From: Brevibacterium luteolum
GTDB taxonomy: Bacteria > Actinomycetota > Actinomycetes > Actinomycetales > Brevibacteriaceae
Reading direction: 5' to 3'
DNA length: 64,000 nucleotides
Assembly (NCBI RefSeq): GCF_013004595.1
Contig: NZ_JABEMC010000003.1
Location: forward strand, 62,001 to 126,000
Part shown: positions 13,653 to 28,039 of the stretch, piece after piece
Layout of the letters: each line of letters starts with the position of its first letter
Numbering within the stretch: the first letter of the stretch is position 1
Translations under genes and position numbers: made by a program
Notes under the pieces: generated by a model
What the model was told of the DNA's origin: nothing
What the model saw: only the letters and a program-made list of their open reading frames with translations
Databases searched by the model: none

Positions 13653-15148
13653 TGCCAGCCCATATCGCCGGCATCCTGCATGCCACCCCACCACCGGTGT
13701 GGCTGCCGTACCCCAATGACGTCAATGCGCTCATGCCCTCGCTGTGGTCGCGCAGCGTTGACAAGACCCCAGGCGGCGAGCTCACCATCGCCGGTCACCG
13801 CGTCACCGAGCTCGCCGAGACGTACGGCTCACCGCTGTACGTCCTCGACGTCGCCGACCTCAAGCACCGGGCCGCTGACTTCGTCACCGCCTTCTCCGCC
13901 GCGTTCGCCGCGATCGGCACCGAGGCGAAGGCCTACTACGCCGGCAAGTCCTTCCTGTGCACCGCTGTCGCCGACTGGGTCGCAGGCGAAGGAATGGGCA
14001 TCGACACCTGCACCCTCGGCGAGCTTATGGTTGCCCACCGCGCCGACGTCGACCCGCGCACCGTCGGGCTGCACGGCAACAACAAATCCGATGAGGAGAT
14101 CGCCTTCGCCCTCGACTGGGGGATCGGCCGCATCGTGCTCGACTCCTTCGACGAGATCCCGCGGGTCGCCGCTGCCGCCCGCGCCCGAGGTGTCCGCGCC
14201 CCGGTCATGCTGCGCGTCACCGTCGGCGTCGAAGCCCACACCCATGACTTCATCGCCACCGCACACGAGGACCAGAAGTTCGGCCTGTCCCTGCACAGCG
14301 GTGACGCCTTCGACGCCGCGCAGCGGATCGCTGCCAGCGAGGACCTCGAGTTCATCGGCCTGCACAGCCACATCGGCTCGCAGATCTTCGAATCCTCCGG
14401 CTTCGACATCGCCGCCACCCGGATCATCGAGCTGCGCGCCCGCATCCTGACCGAACTCGGCATCGACCTGCCCGAGGTCGACCTCGGCGGCGGCTTCGGC
14501 ATCCGCTACACCTCCCAGGACACCCCGCTGACCTTCACCGAGATGGCCGGCCGGCTCGCCTCCGTCGTCGCCTCCGCTTGTGAGGCCACCGGCTCGACGC
14601 TGCCGGCGGTGTCCTTCGAGCCGGGCCGGGCGATCTCCGGGCCGTCGATCTTCACCCTCTACACCGTCGGCAGCACCAAGGTCGTCGAAACCGGGTCAGG
14701 GGAGCGGCTCTACGTCGCTGTCGACGGCGGCATGAGCGACAACATCCGGACCGCCCTCTACGACGCCGACTACTCCTGCACCCTGGCCAACCGCGACTCC
14801 GCCAGCGAACCGGCAGTCGTGCGCGTCGTCGGCAAGCACTGCGAAAGCGGCGACATCATCGTCCGCGACGAATACCTGCCCAATGACGTCACCCGCGGCG
14901 ACCTTATCGCCGTCCCGGACACCGGCGCCTACTGCCGGTCGCTGTCATCGAACTACAACCACGTCCCGCGCCCAGGTGTGCTTGCCGTCGACGGTGAGCA
15001 GCTCGGCTGGGTCGTCCGACCCGAAACACACGCCGACATCCTCGCCTGGGACACCGGCTTCAGCCCGTCGGCCGCTGACGCAGACGTCCAGGCACCCGAG
15101 TCTACTGACGAGCTCGCGCCCCACGAAAGAAGGAGCACCACACGATGA
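13652..15148 (+). CDS. lysA: Diaminopimelate decarboxylase
   Basis: YAGKSF (PLP Lys), HSHIGSQ, DLGGG, EPGR, and GKHCESGD. TAATG coupling to argS. Confidence 0.96.
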   Translation: MPAHIAGILHATPPPVWLPYPNDVNALMPSLWSRSVDKTPGGELTIAGHRVTELAETYGSPLYVLDVADLKHRAADFVTAFSAAFAAIGTEAKAYYAGKSFLCTAVADWVAGEGMGIDTCTLGELMVAHRADVDPRTVGLHGNNKSDEEIAFALDWGIGRIVLDSFDEIPRVAAAARARGVRAPVMLRVTVGVEAHTHDFIATAHEDQKFGLSLHSGDAFDAAQRIAASEDLEFIGLHSHIGSQIFESSGFDIAATRIIELRARILTELGIDLPEVDLGGGFGIRYTSQDTPLTFTEMAGRLASVVASACEATGSTLPAVSFEPGRAISGPSIFTLYTVGSTKVVETGSGERLYVAVDGGMSDNIRTALYDADYSCTLANRDSASEPAVVRVVGKHCESGDIIVRDEYLPNDVTRGDLIAVPDTGAYCRSLSSNYNHVPRPGVLAVDGEQLGWVVRPETHADILAWDTGFSPSAADADVQAPESTDELAPHERRSTTR

Positions 15149-16455
15149 AACCCCTCAAGGTTGCCATGCTCGGCTGCGGTGTCGTCGGCACCGAAGTCGC
15201 CACCCGCATCCTCGGCAACGCGGCCGACCTCGAAGCCCGCATCGGCGCCCCGCTGGAGATCTCGGCTGTCGCCGTGCGCGACGCCGGCAAGGACCGCCCC
15301 GGCATCCCGTCCGAGCTGCTCACCACCGACACCGCTGCCGCCATCGAAGGAGCCGACATCGTCGTCGAGCTCATGGGCGGCCACGAACCGGCCCGCGAAC
15401 TCATCCTCACAGCCCTGCGCTCCGGCGCCTCGGTCGTGACGGCGAACAAGGCGCTGCTGGCCAGCGACTACTCCGAGCTGCTCGCCGCCGCCGAAGACGC
15501 TGAAGTGCGCCTGGAGCACGAGGCCGCTGTCGCCGGTGCGATCCCGATCATCCGCCCGGTCGTCAACTCCCTCGCCGGTGACCGCATCACCCGCGTGCTC
15601 GGCATCGTCAACGGCACGACGAACTACATCCTCGACCAAATGGAGAAGGAGGGCTGGGACTTCGACCACGCCCTGGCCACCGCCCAGGAACTCGGGTACG
15701 CCGAAGCTGATCCGACTGCCGACATCGGCGGCCACGACGCAGCCGCCAAGGCCGCGATCCTAGCCTCTCTTGCCTTCCACACCCGCGTGAGCATAGACGA
15801 CGTCCATGTCGAGGGCATCACCGGCGTCACCGCCGACATGGTCGAGACCGCCTCCGCGCAGGGCTTCACCATCAAGCTGCTGGCGATCTGCGAAACCATC
15901 GAAGACTCACCGGCCGGCCCAGGCGTCTCCGCCCGCGTCTACCCGGCACTGCTGCCCAAGGACCACGCGCTGGCCAGCGTCGGCGGGGCGTTCAACGCTG
16001 TCTTCGTTGAAGCCGAAGCCGCAGGCTCGCTGATGTTCTACGGCCAGGGTGCTGGCGGCGCACCGACCGCCTCGGCAGTCCTGGGCGACATCGTCTCGAC
16101 CGCACGCCGCAAGGTCCTCGGCGGCACCGGCCAGGCCCGCCGTTCGATCGGCAACCGGCTGCCGGTCCTGCCGATCTCCGCGATCCGCACCCGCTACCAG
16201 ATCACCTTCGACGTCTTCGACCGCCCGGGTGTTCTCGCCCAGATCTCGCAGGTCTTCGCCGAGGAGGGCACCTCGATCGAGCTCATGCAGCAGACCCAGC
16301 TCGAGCCCACCGACGACGACGCCCCGCAGCGCGCCAAGCTCGTCATCGCCACCCATGCGGGCACCGATGCCGCGCTGGCCAAAACGGTCGAGCGCGCCGT
16401 CGCCCTCGACGCCGTCAACGAGCTCAAGTCCGTCCTGCGCATCGAAGGCCACTGA
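15145..16455 (+). CDS. hom: Homoserine dehydrogenase with ACT domain
   Basis: GCGVVG, VVTANK, GIVNGTTNYIL, GYAEADP, and C-terminal DRPGVL ACT motif. Confidence 0.96.
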   Translation: MKPLKVAMLGCGVVGTEVATRILGNAADLEARIGAPLEISAVAVRDAGKDRPGIPSELLTTDTAAAIEGADIVVELMGGHEPARELILTALRSGASVVTANKALLASDYSELLAAAEDAEVRLEHEAAVAGAIPIIRPVVNSLAGDRITRVLGIVNGTTNYILDQMEKEGWDFDHALATAQELGYAEADPTADIGGHDAAAKAAILASLAFHTRVSIDDVHVEGITGVTADMVETASAQGFTIKLLAICETIEDSPAGPGVSARVYPALLPKDHALASVGGAFNAVFVEAEAAGSLMFYGQGAGGAPTASAVLGDIVSTARRKVLGGTGQARRSIGNRLPVLPISAIRTRYQITFDVFDRPGVLAQISQVFAEEGTSIELMQQTQLEPTDDDAPQRAKLVIATHAGTDAALAKTVERAVALDAVNELKSVLRIEGH

Positions 16456-16497
16456 GCCGGGCCCACCGGCACACCACCATCCCGTGAAGGAGACCCC

Positions 16498-17586
16498 ATG
16501 ACCGCTGCCCACCGCCACCAGTGGCAGGGCGTCATCGAGGAGTACCGCGACTTCCTCGACATCGCCGCCGACTCCCGCGCCGTCACCCTCGGCGAGGGCG
16601 GCACTCCGCTCATCCACGCCGAGAAGCTCTCCGAGCGCACCGGTGCCGAGGTGTGGGTCAAGTACGAGGGCATGAACCCGACCGGGTCGTTCAAGGACCG
16701 CGGCATGACGATGGCGATCTCGAAGGCCCTCGCCTACGGCGCCAAGGCCGTCATCTGCGCCTCGACCGGCAACACCTCGGCATCGGCGGCCGCCTATGCG
16801 ACGAAGGCCGGGCTGACGTGTGCGGTGCTCGTGCCGGCCGGCAAGATCGCAGTCGGCAAGATGAGCCAGGCCGTCGCCCACGGTGCCGAGCTGCTCGAAG
16901 TCGACGGCAACTTCGATGACTGCCTGACCCTGTGCCGCAAGCTCTCAGAGGCCTACCCGGTCCACCTCGTCAACTCGGTCAACCCCGACCGTATCGAGGG
17001 CCAGAAGACCGCTTCTTTCGAGATCGTCGACGCTCTCGGCGACGCCCCGGACATCCATGTGCTGCCCGTCGGCAACGCCGGCAACATCACCGCCTACTGG
17101 AAGGGCTACCGCGAATACGCTGCCGCCGGTCTGGCGACTGCAACCCCGCGCATGTGGGGCTTCCAGGCCGCCGGCGCCGCCCCGCTCGTCAAGGGCCATC
17201 CGGTCGATGACCCGGAGACCGTCGCGACCGCCATCCGGATCGGCAACCCCGCCTCGTGGGATCAGGCGATCGCCGCGCGCGAGGAATCCGGCGGCGTCAT
17301 CAAGGCCGTCACCGACGAGGAGATCCTCGCTGCCCACCGGCTGCTGTCCTCGACCGAGGGCATCTTCGTCGAACCCGGTTCCGCCGCCTCGATCGCAGGC
17401 CTCCTGCAGCAGGCTAAGGCCGGTGAGATCCCGGCCGGTGCGCGCATCGTGTGCACCGTGACCGGACACGGGCTCAAGGATCCGCAGTGGGCGCTGCACA
17501 CCGCTGACGGCTCCGATCTGACTCCCACCCGGGTGCCGGTCGATGCGGTCTCGGCTGCCCGCGAGCTCGGACTCGAGGACGCGTGA
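16498..17586 (+). CDS. thrC: Threonine synthase
   Basis: [29 protein letters not shown], and TGHGLKD. Confidence 0.96.
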   Translation: MTAAHRHQWQGVIEEYRDFLDIAADSRAVTLGEGGTPLIHAEKLSERTGAEVWVKYEGMNPTGSFKDRGMTMAISKALAYGAKAVICASTGNTSASAAAYATKAGLTCAVLVPAGKIAVGKMSQAVAHGAELLEVDGNFDDCLTLCRKLSEAYPVHLVNSVNPDRIEGQKTASFEIVDALGDAPDIHVLPVGNAGNITAYWKGYREYAAAGLATATPRMWGFQAAGAAPLVKGHPVDDPETVATAIRIGNPASWDQAIAAREESGGVIKAVTDEEILAAHRLLSSTEGIFVEPGSAASIAGLLQQAKAGEIPAGARIVCTVTGHGLKDPQWALHTADGSDLTPTRVPVDAVSAARELGLEDA

Positions 17587-18554
17587 TGACGAGCACCGCA
17601 CCGGTCGCCCCGCAGGCCGTCGCCGAGGTCGAGGTCACCGTGCCTGCCACCTCGGCCAACCTCGGGGCCGGCTACGACAGCTTCGGCATCGCGCTTGACA
17701 TCCGCGACACCGTCCGCGCCCGCCTGCACGACGGGCCGGTCGATCCCAGCGACTGCGTGCGCATCACCGGTGAGGGCGCCGGGGTGGTCCCGACAGATCA
17801 GGACCACCTCATCCTGCGGGTCATGCGCGAGGTGCTCGCCGCCCGCGGTGTTGAGACCGCTGACCGGATCAGCCTGGAGTGCGACAACGTCATCGCCCAC
17901 TCCCGCGGGATGGGCTCCTCGGCCGCTGCCGTCGTCGCCGGTATCGCGATCGCCGATGCGGCCAGCGCCTTCGCCGGGCTGCCGGCACCCTCACCCGAGG
18001 AGAAGCTCGCCTGGGCCACGCACTTCGAAGGCCACCCCGACAACGCCGCCCCGGCGATCTTCGGCGGGGTCACCGTTTCCTACTCCGACGGCCACGGCCA
18101 GGCCCGCTCGGTCTCCGTGCCCGTCGCCGAAGATATCTCAGCGGTGCTCATCGTCCCCGATGAGCGGCTCGACACCTCGGTGGCGCGTTCGCTGCTGCCC
18201 GAGACCGTCCCGCACGCCGATGCCGCAGCCAACGCCGCGATCGCCGGCCTGTTCGTCTACGCCATCGGCCATGACCCCTCGCTGCTGTTCGACGCCACCG
18301 TCGACCGGCTGCACCAGAACTACCGCCGCCCGGCAATGACCGCCTCGCTCGAACGCGTCGATGCGCTGCGCGCCGCCGGGCTGGCCGCCGTCGTCTCCGG
18401 TGCCGGGCCGACCGTGCTCGTGCTCGGATCCGATGACGATCTCGCCGCTCAGGTGGGCGAGGTGCTCACCGGCGACTCCGCCCGCATCGTCCCGGCGGCC
18501 ATCGCCGAAACCGGCGTCGAGGTCATGACGACCGACTGCCGGCTGCGCACCTGA
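17583..18554 (+). CDS. thrB: Homoserine kinase
   Basis: [32 protein letters not shown], and SGAGPT. Confidence 0.96.
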   Translation: MMTSTAPVAPQAVAEVEVTVPATSANLGAGYDSFGIALDIRDTVRARLHDGPVDPSDCVRITGEGAGVVPTDQDHLILRVMREVLAARGVETADRISLECDNVIAHSRGMGSSAAAVVAGIAIADAASAFAGLPAPSPEEKLAWATHFEGHPDNAAPAIFGGVTVSYSDGHGQARSVSVPVAEDISAVLIVPDERLDTSVARSLLPETVPHADAAANAAIAGLFVYAIGHDPSLLFDATVDRLHQNYRRPAMTASLERVDALRAAGLAAVVSGAGPTVLVLGSDDDLAAQVGEVLTGDSARIVPAAIAETGVEVMTTDCRLRT

Positions 18555-18860
18555 CCTGCCCGCAGACGCAGCCAGACACCCGGGACCGGGGCGAACCGCC
18601 TCGGCGACGGCGACAAGCTGGGCGGAAATTAGCGCAACGGGCGTCAACGCGCTAGGCTAGAGGCGTTCCCCAGCATTCTTCGCTTCACCGGCACCTCCAT
18701 GTGATCGTGCCCCGCGACTCAGGTGGGAACGCTCTTCGTACCGCGCCGTCTCTGGCGTCCGAGGTACTTCATTTTGTGAATGCACGCAATCGTGCGTGTG
18801 GTCCGTCGCTGCAGCTCTGTGTTCATGCAGCTGCAGCCGAACGAGGGAGAAGGAACCTTC

Positions 18861-20798
<1,938 letters not shown>

Positions 20799-20815
20799 CC
20801 GGCTGGCCCACCTGC

Positions 20816-21913
20816 ATGAGTGAGACCGCCGACACGGCAGCCGATATCGACTCGCTGCGCCAGATGGTGCACATGCTCCGTGATGAGCATGCGCGCATCG
20901 AGCAGGAGCTGGCCGATCCCGAGGTGCACGCCAACCCGGGCACAGCCCGCCGGCTGACCCGCCGATACGCCGAGCTCGAGAAGGTCGTGTCCTGCTGGGG
21001 CGATCTCATCGCCGCCCAGGAGGACCTGGAGGCCTGCCGCGAACTCGCCGACGACGATCCCGGCTTCGCCCAGGAGATCCCCGCGCTCGAAGAGCAGCGC
21101 GCGGAGCTCCTGGGCGTGCTGCGGGATCTGCTCGTGCCCCGCGACCCGGACGACGACCGTGATGCGCTCGTTGAGATCAAAGCAGGGGAGGGCGGCGAGG
21201 AGTCCGCGCTGTTTGCCTCCGATTTGCTGCGGATGTACCAGCGGTGGGCCGATAGGCGCGGCTGGTCGACCGAGGTCATCGACACCACACCCTCAGACCT
21301 CGGCGGCTGCAAAGACGTCACCCTGGCCGTCAAGGCCAAGGAGGAAGGCGCCTACGGGTGGCTGAAGTTCGAAGGCGGCGTCCACCGCGTCCAGCGCGTG
21401 CCGGTGACCGAATCGCAGGGCCGCATCCACACCTCGGCCGCCGGAGTCATCGTCTTCCCCGACGTCGACGAACCCGACGAGGTCAGGATCAACGACGCCG
21501 ATCTGCGCATCGACGTCTACCGCTCATCCGGACCCGGCGGCCAGTCGGTCAACACAACTGACTCGGCTGTGCGCATCACGCACGTGCCCACCGGCATCGT
21601 CGCCAGCTGCCAGAACGAGAAGTCCCAGCTGCAGAACAAGGCCGCCGCCCTGCGCATCCTGCGCGCCCGGCTGCTGGCCGCCCAGGCCGCCGAAGCCGCC
21701 GCAGAGGCCGACGACCGGCGCCGCTCACAGGTGCGCACCGTCGACCGCTCCGAGCGGATCCGCACCTACAACTTCCCCGAGAACCGGATCGCCGACCACC
21801 GCACCGGCTACAAGGCCCACAACCTCGACCAGGTGCTCGCCGGCGACCTCGATGCCGTCGTCGAATCCTGCCGCGCACTCGACCGCGCCCAGCGGCTTGA
21901 GGAGGCGCAGTAA
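20816..21913 (+). CDS. prfA: Peptide chain release factor 1
   Basis: [12 protein letters not shown] (PxT motif), SGPGGQSVN, and RTYNFPENR. Confidence 0.96.
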   Translation: MSETADTAADIDSLRQMVHMLRDEHARIEQELADPEVHANPGTARRLTRRYAELEKVVSCWGDLIAAQEDLEACRELADDDPGFAQEIPALEEQRAELLGVLRDLLVPRDPDDDRDALVEIKAGEGGEESALFASDLLRMYQRWADRRGWSTEVIDTTPSDLGGCKDVTLAVKAKEEGAYGWLKFEGGVHRVQRVPVTESQGRIHTSAAGVIVFPDVDEPDEVRINDADLRIDVYRSSGPGGQSVNTTDSAVRITHVPTGIVASCQNEKSQLQNKAAALRILRARLLAAQAAEAAAEADDRRRSQVRTVDRSERIRTYNFPENRIADHRTGYKAHNLDQVLAGDLDAVVESCRALDRAQRLEEAQ

Positions 21914-21915
21914 GC

Positions 21916-22860
21916 GTGAATCCGGCCGCCGACACGGCTGGTGCGCAGCCGGCTGATGCGCTCATCGCCGCCGCCCGCGCCCGGCTGGCTGACGCCGGCA
22001 TCGACACCCCCGGCACCGACGCCCGCCTGCTGCTGGCCCACGTTCTCGGGATCACCCATAAGGAGCTGTCACTGAAGCTGCTGCGCGGCTTTGAGGTGCA
22101 CGCTGACCAGGTGACCGACTTCGAGGACTGCCTGGCCCGCCGGGCCGCTCGCGAACCCCTCCAGCACATCACCGGCTCCACCGGCTTCCGCCATCTCGCC
22201 CTCCGCCTCGGGCCCGGCGTCTTCATCCCGCGCCCTGAGAGCGAACTCCTCATCGACCCAGCCATCGCCCATGCCGCGGCCCTGCGCTCCGGCGACGAAC
22301 ACACCGGCAACGGGCGGGCGCACGTCATCCGGATCCTCGACATGTGCACCGGCACTGGGGCACTGGCTCTGGCCGCAGCCACCGAGATCCCCGGAAGCGA
22401 GGTCCACGCCGTCGAGCTCTCCGCCGAAGCCTGCCGGTGGGCCGAGCGCAATATCGCCGCCACCGCCGAGGCGGTCGCTGCCGCCGGCTCGACCGTCACC
22501 CTCCATTCAGGTGACGTCACCGACGTCGTGCCTGGGCTCGGGCCCTTCGACATCGTCGTGACGAACCCGCCGTACGTGCCCGAGACCAACCAGCCCGACA
22601 TCCCCGAAGTCACCGGCTACGACCCGGCCATCGCCCTCTACGGCGGGGGAGCAGACGGGATGGAGACACCGGCACAGATCATCGCGCTGGCTGCTGAGGC
22701 GCTGCGCTCCGGCGGGCTGCTCGTCATCGAACACGATGAGACGCAGGCCACGGCGATCCAGCAGGCCTGTGCTGCCGCTGGTCTGTCCGGTGCCGCCACG
22801 CACACCGACTACACTGGCAGAGACCGTTTCACCACCGCCGAACGCCTGGAAGGGCCGTGA
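21916..22860 (+). CDS. prmC: Release factor glutamine methyltransferase
   Basis: REPLQHI, VFIPRPE, LDMCTGTG, and NPPY. Confidence 0.93.
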   Translation: MNPAADTAGAQPADALIAAARARLADAGIDTPGTDARLLLAHVLGITHKELSLKLLRGFEVHADQVTDFEDCLARRAAREPLQHITGSTGFRHLALRLGPGVFIPRPESELLIDPAIAHAAALRSGDEHTGNGRAHVIRILDMCTGTGALALAAATEIPGSEVHAVELSAEACRWAERNIAATAEAVAAAGSTVTLHSGDVTDVVPGLGPFDIVVTNPPYVPETNQPDIPEVTGYDPAIALYGGGADGMETPAQIIALAAEALRSGGLLVIEHDETQATAIQQACAAAGLSGAATHTDYTGRDRFTTAERLEGP

Positions 22861-23577
22861 ATGTCGCGCACGTTCAGCATCGACAACGATGAGATGAGAG
22901 ATCTGGTCTTCAGCGAATGCGCCCGGGTCCTCGAATCCGATGGGATCATCGTCATGCCGACCGACACCGTCTACGGCATCGCCGCCGACGCCTTCTCCGC
23001 CACCGGCGTCGAGAAGCTGCTCGCAGCCAAGGGCCGCGGCCGCGACATGCCGCCGCCGGTGCTCGTCGGCCAGCGCGAAGTGCTCATGGCGCTTGCCGAG
23101 GTGCCGAACACCTCCGTCTTCGAACTCACCAAGCGCTTCTGGCCAGGACCGCTGACGATCATCTGCGGCGCCCAGGCGATGCTCGACTGGGACCTCGGCG
23201 ACACCCACGGCACTGTCGCTGTGCGGATGCCCGATCACGAGGCGGCCCTCGAACTGCTGCGCAAGACCGGACCGCTCGCGGTCTCCTCTGCCAACACCCA
23301 CGGCTCACCGGCGGCCGGCAACGCCGCCGAGGCCGAGGAGATGCTCGGCGAGAGCGTCGACATCTACATCGACGGGGGAGAGGTGCCCGGGATCGGCGCC
23401 TCGACGATCGTCGACCTCACGCGCACCCCGCCGCGCATCCTGCGCGAGGGCCCGATCTCCGCAGCCGAGCTGCGCGAAGTGCTGCCCGATCTGGTGGACA
23501 TCGCCGACCCGGCAGCCGAGGAACCGGAGACCACCGCCTCGGGCACGGAAGCAGCTGACGAAACCACGCAGGAGTAA
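22861..23577 (+). CDS. tsaC: L-threonylcarbamoyladenylate synthase (Sua5/YrdC)
   Basis: PTDTVYG, KGR, WPGPLT, AVRMP, and SSAN. Confidence 0.93.
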   Translation: MSRTFSIDNDEMRDLVFSECARVLESDGIIVMPTDTVYGIAADAFSATGVEKLLAAKGRGRDMPPPVLVGQREVLMALAEVPNTSVFELTKRFWPGPLTIICGAQAMLDWDLGDTHGTVAVRMPDHEAALELLRKTGPLAVSSANTHGSPAAGNAAEAEEMLGESVDIYIDGGEVPGIGASTIVDLTRTPPRILREGPISAAELREVLPDLVDIADPAAEEPETTASGTEAADETTQE

Positions 23578-23583
23578 TCCCGC

Positions 23584-24693
23584 GTGCGCGCCTACCTCTT
23601 CATCCTCCTCGTCGCAGCGATCGTCTCGTACCTCGTCACTCCGATGGTGCGGCGCATCGCCGAACGCGGACTCATCTTCGCGCCGCTGCGCGCCCGCGAC
23701 GTCCACTCCGTGCCCACCCCGCGCTTAGGCGGGGTGGCGATCTACGCCGGCCTGCTCGTCGGACTGCTGTTCGCCTCCCAGACCCCGTTCCTCGAGGAGC
23801 TGTTCGTCCAGCCCGGGGCGATCATCGGCATCGTCGGGGCGGCGACGATCCTGTGCGCCCTCGGCGTCGTCGACGACATCTGGGACCTCAACTGGATCAC
23901 CAAGCTCGCCGGGCAGACCCTGGCGGCCGGATTCATGGCCTTCAACGGTGTGACGCTGCTGTCGATCCCCTTCAACTCCGTCATCATCGGCTCCCCGCGG
24001 ATGTCGATCATCCTCACCGTGCTCGTCGTGCTCATCACCATCAACGCCGTCAACTTCGTCGATGGTCTCGACGGGCTGGCCGCCGGGATCGTGACGATCG
24101 GCGGCATCGCATTCTTCGTCTACTCCTACAGCCTTGCTGTCGACACGAGCTCCGACAGCTACGCCAACCTCGCCTCGCTCATCATCTCGCTGCTCGTCGG
24201 GGCCTGCCTGGGATTCCTGCCCCACAACTTCAATCCGGCCAGGATCTTCATGGGCGACTCAGGCTCGATGCTCATCGGGCTGCTGCTGGCCGCTTCGACG
24301 ATCCGGGTGACCGGCCAGGTCGACCCAGCGCTGCTGTCGGATCAGCGCGTCCTCGCCACCTATCTGCCGATCATCCTGCCGGTGGCCGTGATGTTCCTGC
24401 CGCTGCTCGACCTCGGGCTGGCAGTCCTGCGGCGGATGTCTGCTGGCAAGTCGCCGTTCTCCGCTGATGCCAAGCATCTGCACCACCGTATGCTCCGGCT
24501 CGGGCATTCGCATGCCCGCGCCGTGCTCATCCTGTATCTGTGGACGGCGATCTTCGCTTTCGGCTCGGTGTCGTTCCTCATCGCCACCCCAGCCGTCAAC
24601 GTGCCCATCATCCTCGGCAGCGTGGCGATCACGCTGTTCCTGACGTTCTACCCGCTGTATGCGCGCCTGCGCGCGAAGGAGGCCATCCGATGA
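23584..24693 (+). CDS. wecA: Undecaprenyl/decaprenyl-phosphate GlcNAc-1-phosphate transferase (MraY/WecA family)
   Basis: PRLGG, GVVDD, NAVNFVDGLDG, IFMGDSG, and DAKHLHHR. Confidence 0.9.
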   Translation: MRAYLFILLVAAIVSYLVTPMVRRIAERGLIFAPLRARDVHSVPTPRLGGVAIYAGLLVGLLFASQTPFLEELFVQPGAIIGIVGAATILCALGVVDDIWDLNWITKLAGQTLAAGFMAFNGVTLLSIPFNSVIIGSPRMSIILTVLVVLITINAVNFVDGLDGLAAGIVTIGGIAFFVYSYSLAVDTSSDSYANLASLIISLLVGACLGFLPHNFNPARIFMGDSGSMLIGLLLAASTIRVTGQVDPALLSDQRVLATYLPIILPVAVMFLPLLDLGLAVLRRMSAGKSPFSADAKHLHHRMLRLGHSHARAVLILYLWTAIFAFGSVSFLIATPAVNVPIILGSVAITLFLTFYPLYARLRAKEAIR

Positions 24694-25148
24694 TCGACCC
24701 GAAGCCCGCCCCGCACGAGCGCCGCGAGACCGAGGTCGACCGGCAGTGGAAGAGCATCTGGCGTGCGCTGCTCATCCGCGGTGCGATCCTCGTTGTCACC
24801 GTCACCATCCTCGGCGGGCTGCTCGGCATGCTCTTCGCCGGCCAGCAGGGCCTCAACGGAGCGCTCGTCGGCGGGGGACTGGCCGCGATCTTCCTGCTCA
24901 TCTCGCTGGTCATCATGTACATCGGCCGCAGCTGGAACCTCACCGTCATCGCCGGGGCGCTCGGCGTGGGCTTCCTGTTCAAGGCCTTCATCTTCATGAT
25001 CGTCATCTGGCGGATCAAGGACGCCGCCTGGCTCGACGGGACGACGGCGTTCTTCACCATCGTCGCAGCTGTGCTCGGCACCTCGCTCATCGATGCGATC
25101 ACCGTCACACGTGCGCGTGTGCCGACTGTTGATCCCGAAGCGCGCTGA
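24690..25148 (+). CDS. AtpI-like four-TM membrane protein
   Basis: Hydrophobic 152-aa ORF with a conserved Lys (FLFKAF) and C-terminal RARVP. Lies just upstream of atpB; AAGGAGG RBS and ATGA overlap. Confidence 0.7.
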   Translation: MIDPKPAPHERRETEVDRQWKSIWRALLIRGAILVVTVTILGGLLGMLFAGQQGLNGALVGGGLAAIFLLISLVIMYIGRSWNLTVIAGALGVGFLFKAFIFMIVIWRIKDAAWLDGTTAFFTIVAAVLGTSLIDAITVTRARVPTVDPEAR

Positions 25149-25433
25149 AATGCCTCCGGACTCACCGATCGCAGCGTGAAACCGCGCAATTCCAGGGCTG
25201 TGACCAGGCATGTTGCCGCGGTGGAAAGCCCGAGATCATGCGGATCGGAGCAGGTGCAGGGATCGCCCAGCAATTTGTGAGTTTATTACTGCGATTGGTA
25301 GAGTACTCAAGGACCAGGTGCCAGTTCACCGGTCTCCATGATGTGACAATGCCGCTCCACACTCGTGTGCCGGAGCGACTGGTCGGCCTGGTTCTTACCC
25401 GCCCGGGCCCGAAATTGGGAGAGTAACCGAAAC

Positions 25434-26551
<1,118 letters not shown>

Positions 26552-26568
26552 TATCGAGGACTGACTCA

Positions 26569-27123
26569 ATGACTCCGATGATTCTTGCGGCCGAGGGGAC
26601 ACCGAACCCCCTCCTCCCCGCTACCTATGACATCGTCTGGAGTGCGGTGATCTTCCTCATCATCCTTGTGGTGTTCTGGAAGTTTGTTCTGCCGACGTTC
26701 AACCGGGTCCTCGACGAACGAGCTGAGAAGATTCAGGGAGGCATCGAAAAGGCCGAACGCGTTCAGGCCGAAGCCGATGCCGCGCTCGCTGAATACCAGA
26801 AGCAGCTCGCCGACGGCCGTGCCGAGGCAGCGCGCATGCGCTCCGAAGCACAGGAAGACGGCGCTCAGATCATCGCCGAGATGAAGCAGCAGGCCAATGC
26901 AGAGGCCGAGCGCATCATCTCCCAGGCAAAAGCACAGATCGAAGCCGAGAAGCAGGCGGCCATGGTCGAACTGCGCGGAGACGTCGGCGGCCTGGCCACT
27001 GACCTCGCCTCGCGCATCGTCGGTGAGAGCCTCACCGACGACGCCCGTTCGGCCCAGGTGGTCGACCGCTTCATCGCAGATCTCGAAGCAAGCGCTCCGG
27101 CCCAGTCGGTTAAGGAGTCGTGA
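26569..27123 (+). CDS. atpF: F0F1 ATP synthase subunit b
   Basis: NPLLP, one TM segment, LDERAEKIQGG, and a coiled coil. Confidence 0.95.
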   Translation: MTPMILAAEGTPNPLLPATYDIVWSAVIFLIILVVFWKFVLPTFNRVLDERAEKIQGGIEKAERVQAEADAALAEYQKQLADGRAEAARMRSEAQEDGAQIIAEMKQQANAEAERIISQAKAQIEAEKQAAMVELRGDVGGLATDLASRIVGESLTDDARSAQVVDRFIADLEASAPAQSVKES

Positions 27124-27938
27124 TGCTGCAGTCGAGCAGGAACTCGCTCAACGATGTGCTGGACGCAGTCGACTCCCGACTCCAGAGCGCTGACGGTGCT
27201 GCCGCAACCGAACTCGGTGACGGGCTGCTGTCGATCGTCTCCGCAATGGCCGACAGCGCTCAGCTGCGCCGCCTCATGGCAGACGGCGCCATTGCTGAGG
27301 AGCGGAAGCACGGCGTGCTCGACACGCTGTTCTCCGGTCGGGTCGACGCGGCCGCACTCGACATCGCCAAGCAAGCAGCCACGCTGCACTGGGCTCGCCC
27401 CCAGGACAGCGTGACCGCACTGGAGGATGCCGGCGTCACCGCGATCGCGGCACAGGCACAGGCTGAGGGGCGCCTCGGCGAGGTCGAGGAGGAGCTGTTC
27501 CGCTTCACCCGCCTCATCGAGTCCGATCACGAGCTGGGTTGGGCCTTCGAGTCCGCCGCCCCGGCCGAGACGAAGCGCGCACTCGCAGCCAACCTGCTCG
27601 ACGGCAAGGCCGCGACTGAGACCGTCAAGCTGGCAGCTCAGGCTGCTGCGCATCCGCGCGGCGCCCGCGTCTCCGAGACGCTCGACCGCTACTCGGAAGT
27701 GCTGGCCCGCCGCCAGGCGCGCTCCGTCGCCGAGGTGACGGTCGCCAAGCCGATGAGCGATGAGCAGCAGGAGCGCCTGGCTGCAGCGCTGTCGGCCCAC
27801 TACGGCCGCGAGCTGGTCCTCAACGTGCATGTGGACCCCGACGTCGTCGGTGGAGTGCGTGTGCAGGTCGGCGACGAAGTGATGAACTCGACGATCTCGA
27901 ATCGTCTGTCCGACCTTCGCCGTCGCCTGGCAAGCTGA
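27120..27938 (+). CDS. atpH: F0F1 ATP synthase subunit delta (long actinobacterial form)
   Basis: VEEELFRF and [17 protein letters not shown]; position in the operon. Confidence 0.94.
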   Translation: MMLQSSRNSLNDVLDAVDSRLQSADGAAATELGDGLLSIVSAMADSAQLRRLMADGAIAEERKHGVLDTLFSGRVDAAALDIAKQAATLHWARPQDSVTALEDAGVTAIAAQAQAEGRLGEVEEELFRFTRLIESDHELGWAFESAAPAETKRALAANLLDGKAATETVKLAAQAAAHPRGARVSETLDRYSEVLARRQARSVAEVTVAKPMSDEQQERLAAALSAHYGRELVLNVHVDPDVVGGVRVQVGDEVMNSTISNRLSDLRRRLAS

Positions 27939-28039
27939 TCAACCGCCCGCGCCACGGGCTACATACACACGTTCAGACAGCGGTCTGCAGAGAAGAACCG
28001 GGTCGCTGCGAGAGAGATTTAAGGAAGCAGGGAAACCAG

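Noticed and set aside
16456..16497. Thr attenuator or leader before thrC
   Set aside because: The gap is only 42 nt, with a plain AAGGAG RBS and no Thr/Ile-rich leader peptide or terminator.
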